From NCBI GenBank assembly GCA_950097015.1, contig CATNEN010000007.1:434001-498000 (forward strand): 64,000 bases of DNA, read 5' to 3'. The first letter of the stretch is position 1. The number at the start of each line of letters is the position of its first letter. A model generated the notes under the pieces. The model had not been told where the DNA came from. It ran no database searches and was given only the letters and a program-made list of their open reading frames with translations. The DNA is from Macrostomum hystrix (Eukaryota; Animalia; Platyhelminthes). This document shows positions 12,568 through 23,853 of this stretch, one piece after another. Made by a program: the position numbers and the translations under genes.

Positions 12568-12876
12568 AATGTACATAGCTCCATCCACTCTACCCCAAAT
12601 GTACATAGCTCCATTCACTCCACCCCAAATGTACATAGCTCCATCCACTCTATCCAAAATGTACATAGCTCCATCCACTCAACCCCAAATGTACATAGCT
12701 CCATCCACTCTATCCAAAATGTACATAGCTCCATTCACTCTACCCCAAATGTACATAGCTCCATCCACTCTACCCCAAATGTACATAGCTCCATTCACTC
12801 TACCCCAAATGTACATTGCTCCATCTACTCTATCCAAAATGTACATAGCTCCATCCACTCTACCCAAAATGTAGAT
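12568..12876. repeat. 30-bp minisatellite (GTACATAGCTCCATCCACTCTACCCCAAAT)n, about 10 units
   Basis: Direct tandem repeat. Confidence 0.95.
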
Positions 12877-13498
12877 TGTCCCATCCTCTCTGACCAAATT
12901 GTACATTGCTTCAGAGCATAGCCTATTGTCTCCAAAGCCTATATATGCATACATACTTACTAATTTAAATTACTATAAAGGCATTCAACGCATCTAGCAT
13001 GAGAACTAAAGAAAAAATCAAATGAAATAAATTTCTAACAACGCAAACGCTTCTATTAGCTACAAGTTCGCAATCGATAGAAAACAATTAAAAACAATAG
13101 TTAACATGATTCGCCTGCCATTTCGATTCTATATACGACTAGAGCAAAAAAAATCAAGAAAAAAATTCCATATCACAAAAGGCGGTTTGCGAATTATTAC
13201 ACAGGTGCCCGAACCCGCTAGCGAGGTATAGAATCCTGAGCTTAAACGTGACACAAGAAATTGGTTAGATTTTTTATTGCTCTGCAGTTTAATGCGATTT
13301 TTTATAAATATTGACGCAAACACTACTAGCGGGCACCCGGTAAGTTAATTAGAAAAATCGTTGAAATAGAATCAATGGAGATAGTTGGGTATGTTTAATT
13401 TTCAGGTGCTATAAACTAAGAAGTTTTGTTGGGGCAGAGAATAAACAAGAGACCGAGGCTGTGACGCTGAAAAAAGCACGGCCGGAAATTTAGCGGTC

Positions 13499-16400
13499 CT
13501 AAAGGAATGGATTGAGGCCAGTAGCGGAGGCGGAAATCGGATCCTGGGACAGGCCAAACTGACGCTGCTGCTGCTGTTGCTGCAGTTCGGACAGAGTGAG
13601 TGACTGCTGCCCCAAACCGCCGCTAGGATTAGCGAACGGATTAGCTGAGCTGCCGATAGCGAATGGATTAGTGCCGGCACCTGGCAGAGATCATTAGTCA
13701 TTCTCAAGTATGCACATAACTGGCTACTGCGAGCAATATGCGGTGCTATTGAAACAGATAGAAAGTAAGCTGCAGCGGCAAATTTACGTAATGAGGCCTG
13801 AGGATAATGAATAAGACCTGATGGAGAGACTGAATGAGGCCTGAGGATAATGAATAAGACCTGATGGAGAGACTGAATGAGGCCTGAGGAGAATAAATAA
13901 GACCAGAGGGAGAGACTGAATGAGGCCTGAGGATAATGAATAAGACCTGATGGAGAGACTGAATGAGGCCTGAGGATAATGAATAAGACCTGATGGAGAG
14001 ACTGAATGAGGCCTGAGGAGAATAAATAAGACCAGAGGGAGAGACTGAATGAGGCCTGAGGATAATGAATAAGACCTGAGGGAGAGACTGAATGAGGCCT
14101 GAGGAGAATAAATAAGACCTGAGGGAGAGACTGAATGAGGCCCGAGGAGAATAAATGAGACCTGAGGGAGAGACTGAATGAGGCCCGAGGAGAATAAATA
14201 AGACCTGAGGGAGAGACTGAATGAGGCCTGAGGAGAATGAATAAGACCTGAGAGAGAGACTGAATGAGGCCTGAGAGAGAGACTGAATGAGGCCTGAGGA
14301 TAATGAATAAGACCTGAGAGAGAGACTGAATGAGGCCTGAGGATAATGAATAAGACCTGAGAGAGAGACTGAATGAGGCCTGAGGATAATGAATAAGACC
14401 TGAGAGAGAGACTGAATGAGGCCTGAGGATAATGAATAAGACCTGAGAGAGAGACTGAATGAGGCCTGAGGATAATGAATAAGACCTGATGGAGAGACTG
14501 AATGAGGCCCGAGGATAATGAATAAGACCTGATGGAGAGACTGAATGAGGCCTGAGGATAATGAATAAGACCTGATGGAGAGACTGAATGAGGCCTGAGG
14601 ATAATGAATAAGACCTGATGGAGAGACTGAATGAGGCCTGAGGATAATGAATAAGACCTGATGGAGAGACTGAATGAGGCCTGAGGATAATGAATAAGAC
14701 CTGAGGGAGAGACTGAATGAGGCCTGAGGAGAATAAATAAGACCTGAGGGAGAGACTGAATGAGGCCTGAGGAGAATAAATAAGACCTGAGGGAGAGACT
14801 GAATGAGGCCTGAGAGAGAGACTGAATGAGGCCTGAGGAGAATAAATAAGACCTGAGGGAGAGACTGAATGAGGCCTGAGGAGAATAAATAAGACCTGAG
14901 GGAGAGACTGAATGAGGCCTGAGAGAGAGACTGAATGAGGCCTGAGGATAATGAATAAGACCTGAGGGAGAGACTGAATGAGGCCTGAGGAGAATAAATA
15001 AGACCTGAGAGAGAGACTGAATGAGGCCTGAGGATAATGAATAAGACCTGATGGAGAGACTGAATGAGGCCTGAGGAGAATAAATAAGACCTGAGGGAGA
15101 GACTGAATGAGGCCTGAGGAGAATAAATAAGACCTGAGGGAGAGACTGAATGAGGCCTGAGGAGAATAAATAAGACCTGAGGGAGATACTAAATAAGGGC
15201 CCGAGAGAGACAGCGCGCAGTAGCAATGACCAGAAGCGCATGGCACACTCACCCTTGGGCACGCTGACCAAGCTGTCCAGGTTGACCAGGTTGCCGTGCT
15301 CGCTCAGGAAATTGCGAGCGGCAGACTTGCCGCTACCGTTGGTGCCAGACGACTGCGGCTGTGATCGAGACGAGGCGGCCGTCAAGGAAGAACTAGAAGA
15401 TGATGCCAGAAGATCGGGCGGCTGGGCGGAGGCTCCAACTGCAGACGATGAGGTCCAGAGATCGGCCGACACTGCTTAAGGGGATCGGAGTGCTGGAGTT
15501 TGGTCATTGAATCCTGTTGTTTTAGATAGTCATTGACTATTTTAACCCCGATGTTTGTTACGGGTGACAAACGCCGAGACTTAGCTAGACCAAACTGATC
15601 TTTTTTATCGCCTATCACCTATCTTGACATAGTCATATTTAGTCATTTAAATCTGGTCATTGTCGTATTTTAGTCATTTACATCTGGTCAGTGTCGTATT
15701 TTAGTCATTTAAATTGGATCGTTGTTGTATTTAGTGATTTAAACCTGGTCATTTTCGTATTTTAGTGATTTAAACCTGGTCATTTTCGTATTTTAGTGAT
15801 TTATAAAATCTGGTCATTTTTTCGTATTTTAGTGATTTAAATCTGGTCATTTTACGTATTTTAGTGATTTAAATCTGGTCATTTTTCGTATTTTAGTGAT
15901 TTAAACCTGGTCATTTTCGTATTTTAGTGATTTAAACCTGGTCATTTTCGTATTTTAGTGATTTAAACCTGGTCATTTTCGTATTTTAGTGATTTAAACC
16001 TGGTCATTTTCGTATTTTAGTGATTTAAATCTGGTTATTTTTCGTATTTTAGTGATTTAAACCTGGTCATTTTCGTATTTTAGTGATTTAAATCTGGTTA
16101 TTTTTCGTATTTTAGTGATTTAAACCTGGTCATTTTCGTATTTTAGTGATTTAAACCTGGTCATTTTCGTATTTTAGTCACTCCAGTCTGGTCATTCCAA
16201 GTTTATCAGTGACTTGTCAGGGTAATTCCTTGTTGTCTTTGCATTATTTCGCTCATTCCTCGGTCATTTCTATGATCATAGCCGGTCATAGCCCTCTCTA
16301 TCAGACTTAAAACAATTTCAGTAGCATAAATATACTGTAACAGAAGGACAAAGTAGGTGAAAAATGGCGGGCTAACTCACGCGAATTGAACTCGCTTCCA

Positions 16401-19020
16401 CCCTGTGGCTGTCTGGCAGGCAGCGGTGGCGGAGCGATGGCTGCTACTGGGACTGCAGCAGCGGAAGACTTAGCCCAGGGATCTCCGATGGCTGCGGCGA
16501 GTTCAGGTAAAAAATCAACTTATAATAACAGCTGGCCTCCATTTAAAGTGCATCTGAACCGTGTGCTCAAAACATCACTCAGTTCTCATAACAAATGACT
16601 CCACATAATACTCAAAATGCCCATAATCCATGACTCAAAATCAAACTAAATCATCTCAATCCCTGACTCAATATCTATGACCGAGCTATCGCAATCCATG
16701 ACCTTTTATCCTTGTCATCCATGACTCAAAAGCATAAAAATAATTTAATAATCATAATATTCCATGAATCATAATCCTCTCTCTGAGAGGTTGTAGCCTT
16801 GTGGTTAGATTGTCGGACTCACGACTTGAAGGTCGGGGGTTCGATTCCTGACTCCACTGGAACAATTTGTGTCCTTTAGCAAGACACGTAACTCTGCATT
16901 GCTTCAGTTCACCCAGCTGTTAAATGGGTACCAGCATTAGCTGGGATAATTGAAGGTGGGTGTGGCATCCCCCCAGTCCATGGACTGATCAGTCGTACGC
17001 AGCCTTCAGATGCGCCGCGCAATAGCTGCGGCTGTGCTGTCGGCTGCACATCTGGCCCAATCGGACAGGTGTAATCAATTATTATTATTAGTTAAATTAT
17101 TATAATCCTCACAACACATGACTCACCATATGCTCCATTCGAGCCAGTCGCAGAGCTGGCAGCTCCGTTGGCAGCCCAAGGATCCAGCGAGGCGCCAAGA
17201 CTCCAAGGATCTGGGGCGCCACTGCCGCCGGCACCGATGGAAGCTGCGGCTGTGGCTGCCACATTCGCCCATGGATCCGGCGCATTGGCCGGAGCAGCTG
17301 ACAGAGAGGTGTCAATCAGGTCTACCAGGTTGCCAGACTGCAATAGTTAAGGTATTCAATCACCTACTCATGTTAGCCATCACACTAAAGCTAAAACAAC
17401 TGAATCAGCCAGCGTGTTTGCTGTGCAAACATACCTTCTGTCGAGTAACTTGCGAGCCCTTCTTTTGGCGTTCCTGAGAAATTATTTAGACATATGCGAC
17501 ATTTTAGCAGCTTTAGAATATGCAAATAATCATACTATTCTATTGGCATTTGAGAAGGGGGCCGGTGGCAGAGCGGTTAACGCGTTTGCCTCTCGCACCA
17601 CGGTCCCTAAGTTCGATTCCACGGCGAGGCCACATTTATTTGGGGCGCAGCCGCTGGGAGAAGGCTTCGGGGGCATGTCATGCAATTTACGCCCTTGAGG
17701 GCCAACCGCCAAGGCACAGTGAGAGTGTACACTGCCTGACGATGAGAAAAACAGGGCAGATGTACACAACTGTGTGAGCGTGTGCCTGTGTACAGTATCT
17801 GTGTGCGTGTGTGCTCAGGAGTCAGCGAAATGGGCAGAATTGCCTCCTCGCTGGCTGCGGGTCTAGTGTCACGAAATGATGTGTTATTGCCCGCAGCCCT
17901 GCTGCAATTATTATTATTATTATTGGAATTTGAGCTCTTTGCTCACTTCCTCATCGCGCTTGCTAGCCTCCAGCGCCATCCTCAGCTTCATGTCCTCTTT
18001 GAGTCCTTCTGCCTCGCGGCGTCGAATCTCCTGCTCGTGCTCCTCCTTGGACAGCGCCAGAGCCAGCTGCAGCTCGATGTCTTCGGCTTCCTGATGGCCG
18101 CCGCCACCGGCACCGCCGACGCCGGCGCCCAGAGCTGGAGACGCTGGCGGCTCGTCGGAGCCTCCGTAATCAGCGCGCATCGCCAAACGACTGCGACCGG
18201 CCGATGGGCCCACGCCCTGGTGAAGACGCTCTCTGGTCAGCAGGGCCTGGCAATGGGATACTGGGATATCAGAACTGGAATATTCTGAGAATGGGACATC
18301 TGGGGAGTAAGTGGCAGGGCGGCAACAAAGGTCCCTGAGCTCGATTCCGCGGCTAGGCCACATTCATTTGGGGCGCAGCCGCCGAGAGAAAGCTTGTGGA
18401 GGCTTGTGAAAGTGTACGCTGCCTGACAATGTCAAAGCCAGGAGTCAGTGGAATGGGCAGAATTGCTTCCTCGTTGGCAGCGGGTCATCAAATGATGGTA
18501 ATTATTTTATTTTTTTAAATATGCGACATCAGGGATGGGATTTTAGGGAAGGAGGAAGGAAAATCGTCGGAGATTGGACTATGAGATTCACCTTGGCCCG
18601 CTCCGAGCGAAGCCTTTCGTCGTCCTTCAGCAGGGTAACCAGCTGCTTGGCCTTCTCGCGCACATTCTGGCCGTGATCTTTGGCCTCTTCAATGTACTGA
18701 AAATCTCTCAAGGACTGAATGACAAACAGGTTCTCCTTGCACTGTTGGGCGACCTTCTCGCTGCCAGTCTTGATGAGGTAGTCCAGCAGCACAAGAGCTT
18801 TGTACACGTGGCGCCAGTTTTTGTTCTTGTCATTCAATCGCTTCCAAATCATGGACATGATCTCAGTGTAGGCCATAACATTGTAGGTCATCTCAGCAAT
18901 CTCAGCCATGAGGGTGCTGGATGGTCCCCAGGGATCATTTGAGGTCGCTTCGCGCACCTTCACCTTGGCATCTGAGTAGTTGTGCACAATGTTCTTAAAG
19001 TTGCGCCTTATAGTTGTCAT
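13499..19020 (-). CDS. EPN: Epsin (ENTH domain, two UIMs, DPW motifs, clathrin box, three NPF motifs), about 483 aa
   Basis: Phase-compatible GT-AG exons: 19020-18592 (ENTH: VKVREATSNDPWGP...WRHVYKALVLLDYL), 18246-17947 (UIMs ELQLALALSKEE, KLRMALEASKRD), 17337-17127 and 16491-16381 (DPW), 15471-15253 (NFLSEHGNLVNLDSLV), 13680-13499 (NPF x3, ends GLNPFL-stop). Confidence 0.96.
13790..15205. repeat. 43-bp dimeric minisatellite (related 22-bp and 21-bp subunits) in the last epsin intron
   Basis: GAGAGACTGAATGAGGCCTGAG alternates with GATAATGAATAAGACCTGATG / GAGAATAAATAAGACCTGAGG; occasional monomers are skipped. Confidence 0.95.
15640..16195. repeat. 31-bp AT-rich minisatellite in an epsin intron
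   Basis: (GTGATTTAAACCTGGTCATTTTCGTATTTTA)n, about 17 units. Confidence 0.95.
16780..17101 (+). mobile_element. tRNA-derived CORE-type SINE with (TTA)n tail
   Basis: tRNA-like head (TAGCCTTGTGG...GGTTCGATTCC), followed by TGTGTCCTTTAGCAAGACACGTAACTC...CAGTTCACCCAGCTGTTAAATGGG, which resembles the CORE-SINE central domain. TTA tail; flanking ATAATCCTC on both sides is a probable TSD. Confidence 0.8.
17557..17924 (+). mobile_element. tRNA-derived SINE family A, near full-length copy
   Basis: A box TGGCAGAGCGG, B box AAGTTCGATTCC, body of about 300 bp, (TTA)n tail. Located in epsin intron 2. Confidence 0.88.
18311..18510 (+). mobile_element. SINE family A, internally deleted copy
   Basis: Shares GGTCCCTGAGCTCGATTCC...GGCCACATT...GGAGTCAG...GGGCAGAATTGC with the other copies. 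Located in epsin intron 1. Confidence 0.8.
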
Positions 19021-19568
19021 GACTACAGTGGGTTGGTGTATTGGAGTCAGCTGACAATCAATATAATTAGCTGTTTCACTGATTAAGAATTCAGTTTGGG
19101 CCTTGGCTATAAGCTAGGTGGCAGGCTTAGCCACACTAAGGTTGCCAGCTGAAAATAACAAATCAACAGCAGTTAGGTGTGTGCAATTAGGTTATACTTT
19201 TAATTGTAAATGATTACAATCAAGGCAGAAATTTGGCAGCAAAAACAATGCTAGAATCTGGCCCTGATTGGACAAAAAGTTATATACCTTGGGCCAGGCA
19301 GCCTTGGACTGTATATATGCAGCACACTAATAAATGTAAGTTAAACCACACACTAAACAATGTCTTAATTATTGTTTAAAATGTATATTTAATACATAAG
19401 AGTTCAGAGTTCACAAATATTTATGCAGATATAATCCAATTTGAATCTCCAAGAAAAGAATATATATATTTAGACAATTATATTATTGTTATAATAATAT
19501 TTTTCAGTAAGATACCGATATTTCATTTCTAAAAAATATCTAGAAAATTTACACGACCTAACCTAACC

Positions 19569-19985
19569 TGGATCCTAGACACTTCGTCATCTTACAACTT
19601 TGTCATACACTTGGAAAGTAGGACACTTTGTCATCCAGCATGCTTGATGCTTGCTTTAAAGTTTGGTCAGTTCGTCATCTACTAATAACAAGCAATCAAG
19701 TTCGTCATCAATAAAGTGAGGGTGAGGTGGTGGGGCAGAGGTGTGAACACAATTGACACTCTAAATTGTCAAAGAGGTGTCAAAACTGATTTCATGATAA
19801 GAGTTGGAAGATAGGTGCCAACACAATGTGAGGAGGGTGGGGAGTTTTCTAACTTTGAAAACTTTTGTTTTATAGATGACAAAGTGTCCACAAGTCTAAG
19901 TCTCTTCATCATCCACCCTCTGAGACATTGGACAGATCGTCATCTGGATGACGAAGTTGTAAGATGACAAAGTGTCCAGGTACCA
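19569..19985. mobile_element. MITE with about 38-bp imperfect TIRs and subterminal ACACTTTGTCATC repeats
   Basis: Left TGGATCCTAGACACTTCGTCATCTTACAACTTTGTCAT versus the reverse complement of the right end, TGGTACCTGGACACTTTGTCATCTTACAACTTCGTCAT. Flanked on both sides by CCTAACCTAACC. Confidence 0.75.
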
Positions 19986-22235
19986 CCTAACCTAACCCAA
20001 ATCAATTTGTGTACAGAAATTATAAAATATATATCTAACACTGTAATAGTCTATACCAAGCTGGCCTTATACCAGAAAGAATTTGGTATACAATATTATT
20101 TCTGTGCTAAATTATGCCAAGCATAGCTAATTAAAATAGTTATAACATAATGCTTATGCCAAATTACAGCAAGTTGTGAATATTCACAATTTTACACTTC
20201 CAATTATAATTTATTTAAAATATTTATAAACAATTTTAACAGCTGAGCAAAAACTGAAATAAGTTCTTTCAATTTTATGCAAAATACTTCATTAAAACCA
20301 AAAGCATTCTATAAAATGCATTACCTTTTGTTAAGATTTGACACTAGGCCTACATTATATATAGCTACTATTTACTGCCTAATTTTAGTTATTTTAATTA
20401 TACTAATCTTATGCCCACAACCATATATTAGAATAAGTTTCAAAAACACACAGACATGTGACACAGATGCAAAGAAAGCAGCCCAAATGTGCAACATATA
20501 ACAAGAGTATGAAAAGTACAAAAATGCAAAACATACAAAAACAACATAATGACCAATAAGAATACAGTCAATATAGCCACAATGACACTGTATTCTTACT
20601 CAAATATGGCACCAGGACACTTGCTGACATTTATATGCCAACTTTACTAAGATAATTTTTACATATGAAACTTAGTCTGCCAGTTTCCAACATGAAATAT
20701 TTTCTATTTGATATAGCTATTGCAACCTTACTCCTTAGCATTAGCTATATGACATTCAAATTAGCAATGTTTGTTTAAATCACCTTCAATATCATAATAT
20801 AACTACATAAGACAAGACAATAAAACAAGATTGGGCACAAAAACATAACAAGACAACCTTTACATCTAAGGATATAATGCTGTACATATACAAAGCTTAA
20901 AAGGTAGAAAATGCCTAACTATTATATTATAGATTTAAAATCTATAATTAACAAATTATAAATGTTACAAATTAACAAATTTAAATTTACGCCAAAATAG
21001 GAAATATGGAAAAAATAGTATGATTCAGATTTAGCAAGATTTGACTCGTCGGGATCTAACATTATTATAAATAGTTTTAAATGGCCTAATAAAACCAATA
21101 ATGCACAGAGAACCGTACAGTCCTACAATCGGCAGAATAGCCAAAGCCCAAGACACAATTCTGTGAACTTAACAAGAGTTTGAAAACATTTTCTGCGACT
21201 TCTATATACTTGTAAAACAAATGCTATTTGATTTGTCTGTGCATTAGCGCACTAAGTATTTATTTTAACTTTTAATAGTTGCTTTTTTACATTTATTATT
21301 TCATTGCTTGGCTATGTCTATTCAATTTTTTCATTTTTTCTGGACTGTTTATCGTTTGTTATGATCGTTAAAAAGCTGTAGGTCAAGTGAGAAATAAAAA
21401 AGTGAGTATTCACAGTGGGTGGTTGCGGCTGTAAAAAGTTACTGTTTCACTTATGGCGGGACCTACCTAACCAAAGCAAAGTTAGATAAGTTTTTGGTGC
21501 ACTTGTTCTTTAGGCCGGTTAATGCGATTATATATGTTACATTTACATCATCCCACGTTCTGTTCCCACATCATCCCACGAACTCATGCCTTCTGCAGTC
21601 AACCCAATAACATATATAACTTTTAAAAACTATATTAAAATACTCATATTTTAATTCTAGAATTCTGATGGGGTTTCAACTGAAGTCGAAGATGGAACCG
21701 GTGTAATTAAATTCTTTAGCATCGCTTTTTCAACAAAACCAACACCTGTAAGTGCGGTTTTTAACCACCTAGAAGTGTAGAATCATCGAAAACCCCATCT
21801 TTTATTGATCTGTTGTCTCTATACCAACTAATAATTCGATCAATTGGGACAAATTATGATTTCTGGTCAATTACAGTGTAGTGTCAGCTTGTTTGCCCTT
21901 CTATTTCCCCGTGTTATTATTCAATACTTATTTTTAGACGTGTTTTTGCTAAGAGTTCACCCACGCCAAGCCGGGCCGGACCAGCTGGGGGAACGGACGC
22001 CCACCACCCCGCGAGCGCTACCCCTGGGCTACGGTCCCGGGCAATCAGCGAGCGACCCGGCCTCACTACCTGTCTACCCTCGGCAAGAAGCGACCCCGCG
22101 GGGCTCAGAACGGCGGTCGCAAGTCTACTGCGCGATTTGCCGCCTTGGCTCAAGCTACAGCCAGGCATCCACCTCGCCGATCGACCTAATTTGGGGTTAA
22201 AATGACTCTATATAACGAAGCATGTTTTTGTAGTC

Positions 22236-22335
22236 CAAATTATCTTTTTCTCCGCAATTCGCCTCACACTGTGAGAAGCACGTGCAAATTATCGTTCTCC
22301 GCAATTCGCCTCACACTGTGAGAAGCACGTGCAAA
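22236..22335. repeat. 47-bp direct duplication in the GC-rich region between the divergently oriented epsin and GT32 genes
   Basis: Two copies of TTCTCCGCAATTCGCCTCACACTGTGAGAAGCACGTGCAAA, starting at 22248 and 22295. Confidence 0.85.
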
Positions 22336-23853
22336 CCAGTCCACTTGTTTTGTCCCTCCCCGCCCGACCACACTCCGCTTGTTCAGTTAGGTAGCTTTCG
22401 GCGCTACGCGTCTTGAGAGTGCGCCGCTGACAAGGGTGGGCTAGATAGGCGCTTGTTGTCGAAGTCAGTACGTGCTCTCTTCGGAGACTCCGCCGTCAGG
22501 CAGAAGGAGTGCCAACCGATAGGATCTGTCGGGGCAGCGCTGAAAGCAGAGACAACCGGAGCCTCTCGGGAAGAGTAGGGCGCGGATTAGGCCAGTTTAA
22601 GTAAAAATTGTTATATCCAAATTGTTAGACCAGACTTGCTTCTCACTGTGAGCGCGCTAAAATTTATTTCCGTGTGAACATCTATTCTGTCAGATAACTT
22701 TTAAGTCAAGTAAACTATATTCAAAGTAATTCCTATTCGTATCTGGAATCTTAGTCACAGCCGATTAACTCACTCCTAATCAAATTATTCGAGTCTTCGC
22801 GTTCATACTGTGTTATTCTTTTTCATTGGGAGTTTCGCCGGGCAGGAGGAACACTCGGGTCTCATCGCTTATCTACTCCACTTCGCTCGCTACCAGTCTC
22901 TAACTTAACGCTATTTAATTCCAGATTCCCTGCTGCTATTGAAACGATTGGTAGGACACCGACCCCGGTGAATAGTGAATAGTCGCTAGCTTTAAATTCC
23001 TCACGCTCCAGCTAGGACATTCATTTTACTACAACAGCCTCCAAATGAAACCCAAAAACCAACAATATTACAGGTCGGAAAATATATTTATTTTTATCTC
23101 TATCAGCTTTTAAAATAGCGATAAGCGATGAAAGCAACGATAAAACTATAATCAGTTTTCTGGTATTTTACAATTTCAAGTGCATGTGGAAGAGTTAAGG
23201 CCAACCTGAACATGGCTGCATGAACATCATGGCTGCAGTATAAAACAAATTTAAATTTTTGAAGTAAACTGCATAATACCACAAAAATTAAAATCTTTCA
23301 ATTACGACTCGTTAATATAATGGCTCTTCTTAACTATATTGTGTTTGCATGCATATGGTACCTGCTCTGTACGTTGAAGTGATCACTGCACGTATACTAC
23401 GAACAGCCAGCCCTTCCACTTATCTTCTAATTTTCTCTCTATCTTTCTAGCCTTAAATCTGCTGCTCATTCTGCTCTCTCCATCACCGCTAAGAATGCAC
23501 CAACAATGAATTAGTTGCCTTTCTGTACAGCTGTTCTGTACAGCTGGAAGATGGAAACCGGAAAGAGTACACTGGCCGCAGAGATCTTGACCCTTCTAAG
23601 TAATTATACTTAAAGAATATATGGGCTAACAGAATGGGCTCAGTACCTTTCTGCCTCACTAGAAGAAAATATTCCTGCAGTGCCTCTGCTCAACTGGCCA
23701 GTGTTTAGATCAAAACTGGATCCAGAGTTCTTTTACTTTGCATTTATTTAAACTGCACCAAGTGAGATTAAACACAAGAAAGCTGCACCTTTCTATTCGT
23801 AGAAAACGAATTTTAGGTTTTATAAAAGCAACGTTGATCGAGCAATTCAGAAA

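Noticed and set aside
12334-12954. Repetitive ORFs over the 30-bp array
   Set aside because: Several frames on both strands are open, which is typical of a short triplet-multiple satellite. There are no splice or start signals supporting one frame.
13402-15252. Long minus-strand ORFs of 616 aa and 562 aa
   Set aside because: They run through the pyrimidine-rich strand of the 43-bp intronic satellite. Only 15471-15253 (epsin exon 5) is real, and the true last exon (13680-13499) is in a different frame.
16785-16860. tRNA gene calls at the SINE heads (also 17557, 35168, 36472, 63903)
   Set aside because: A and B boxes are present but I could not fold a complete cloverleaf. Each continues into a repeated SINE body, so they are treated as SINE heads.
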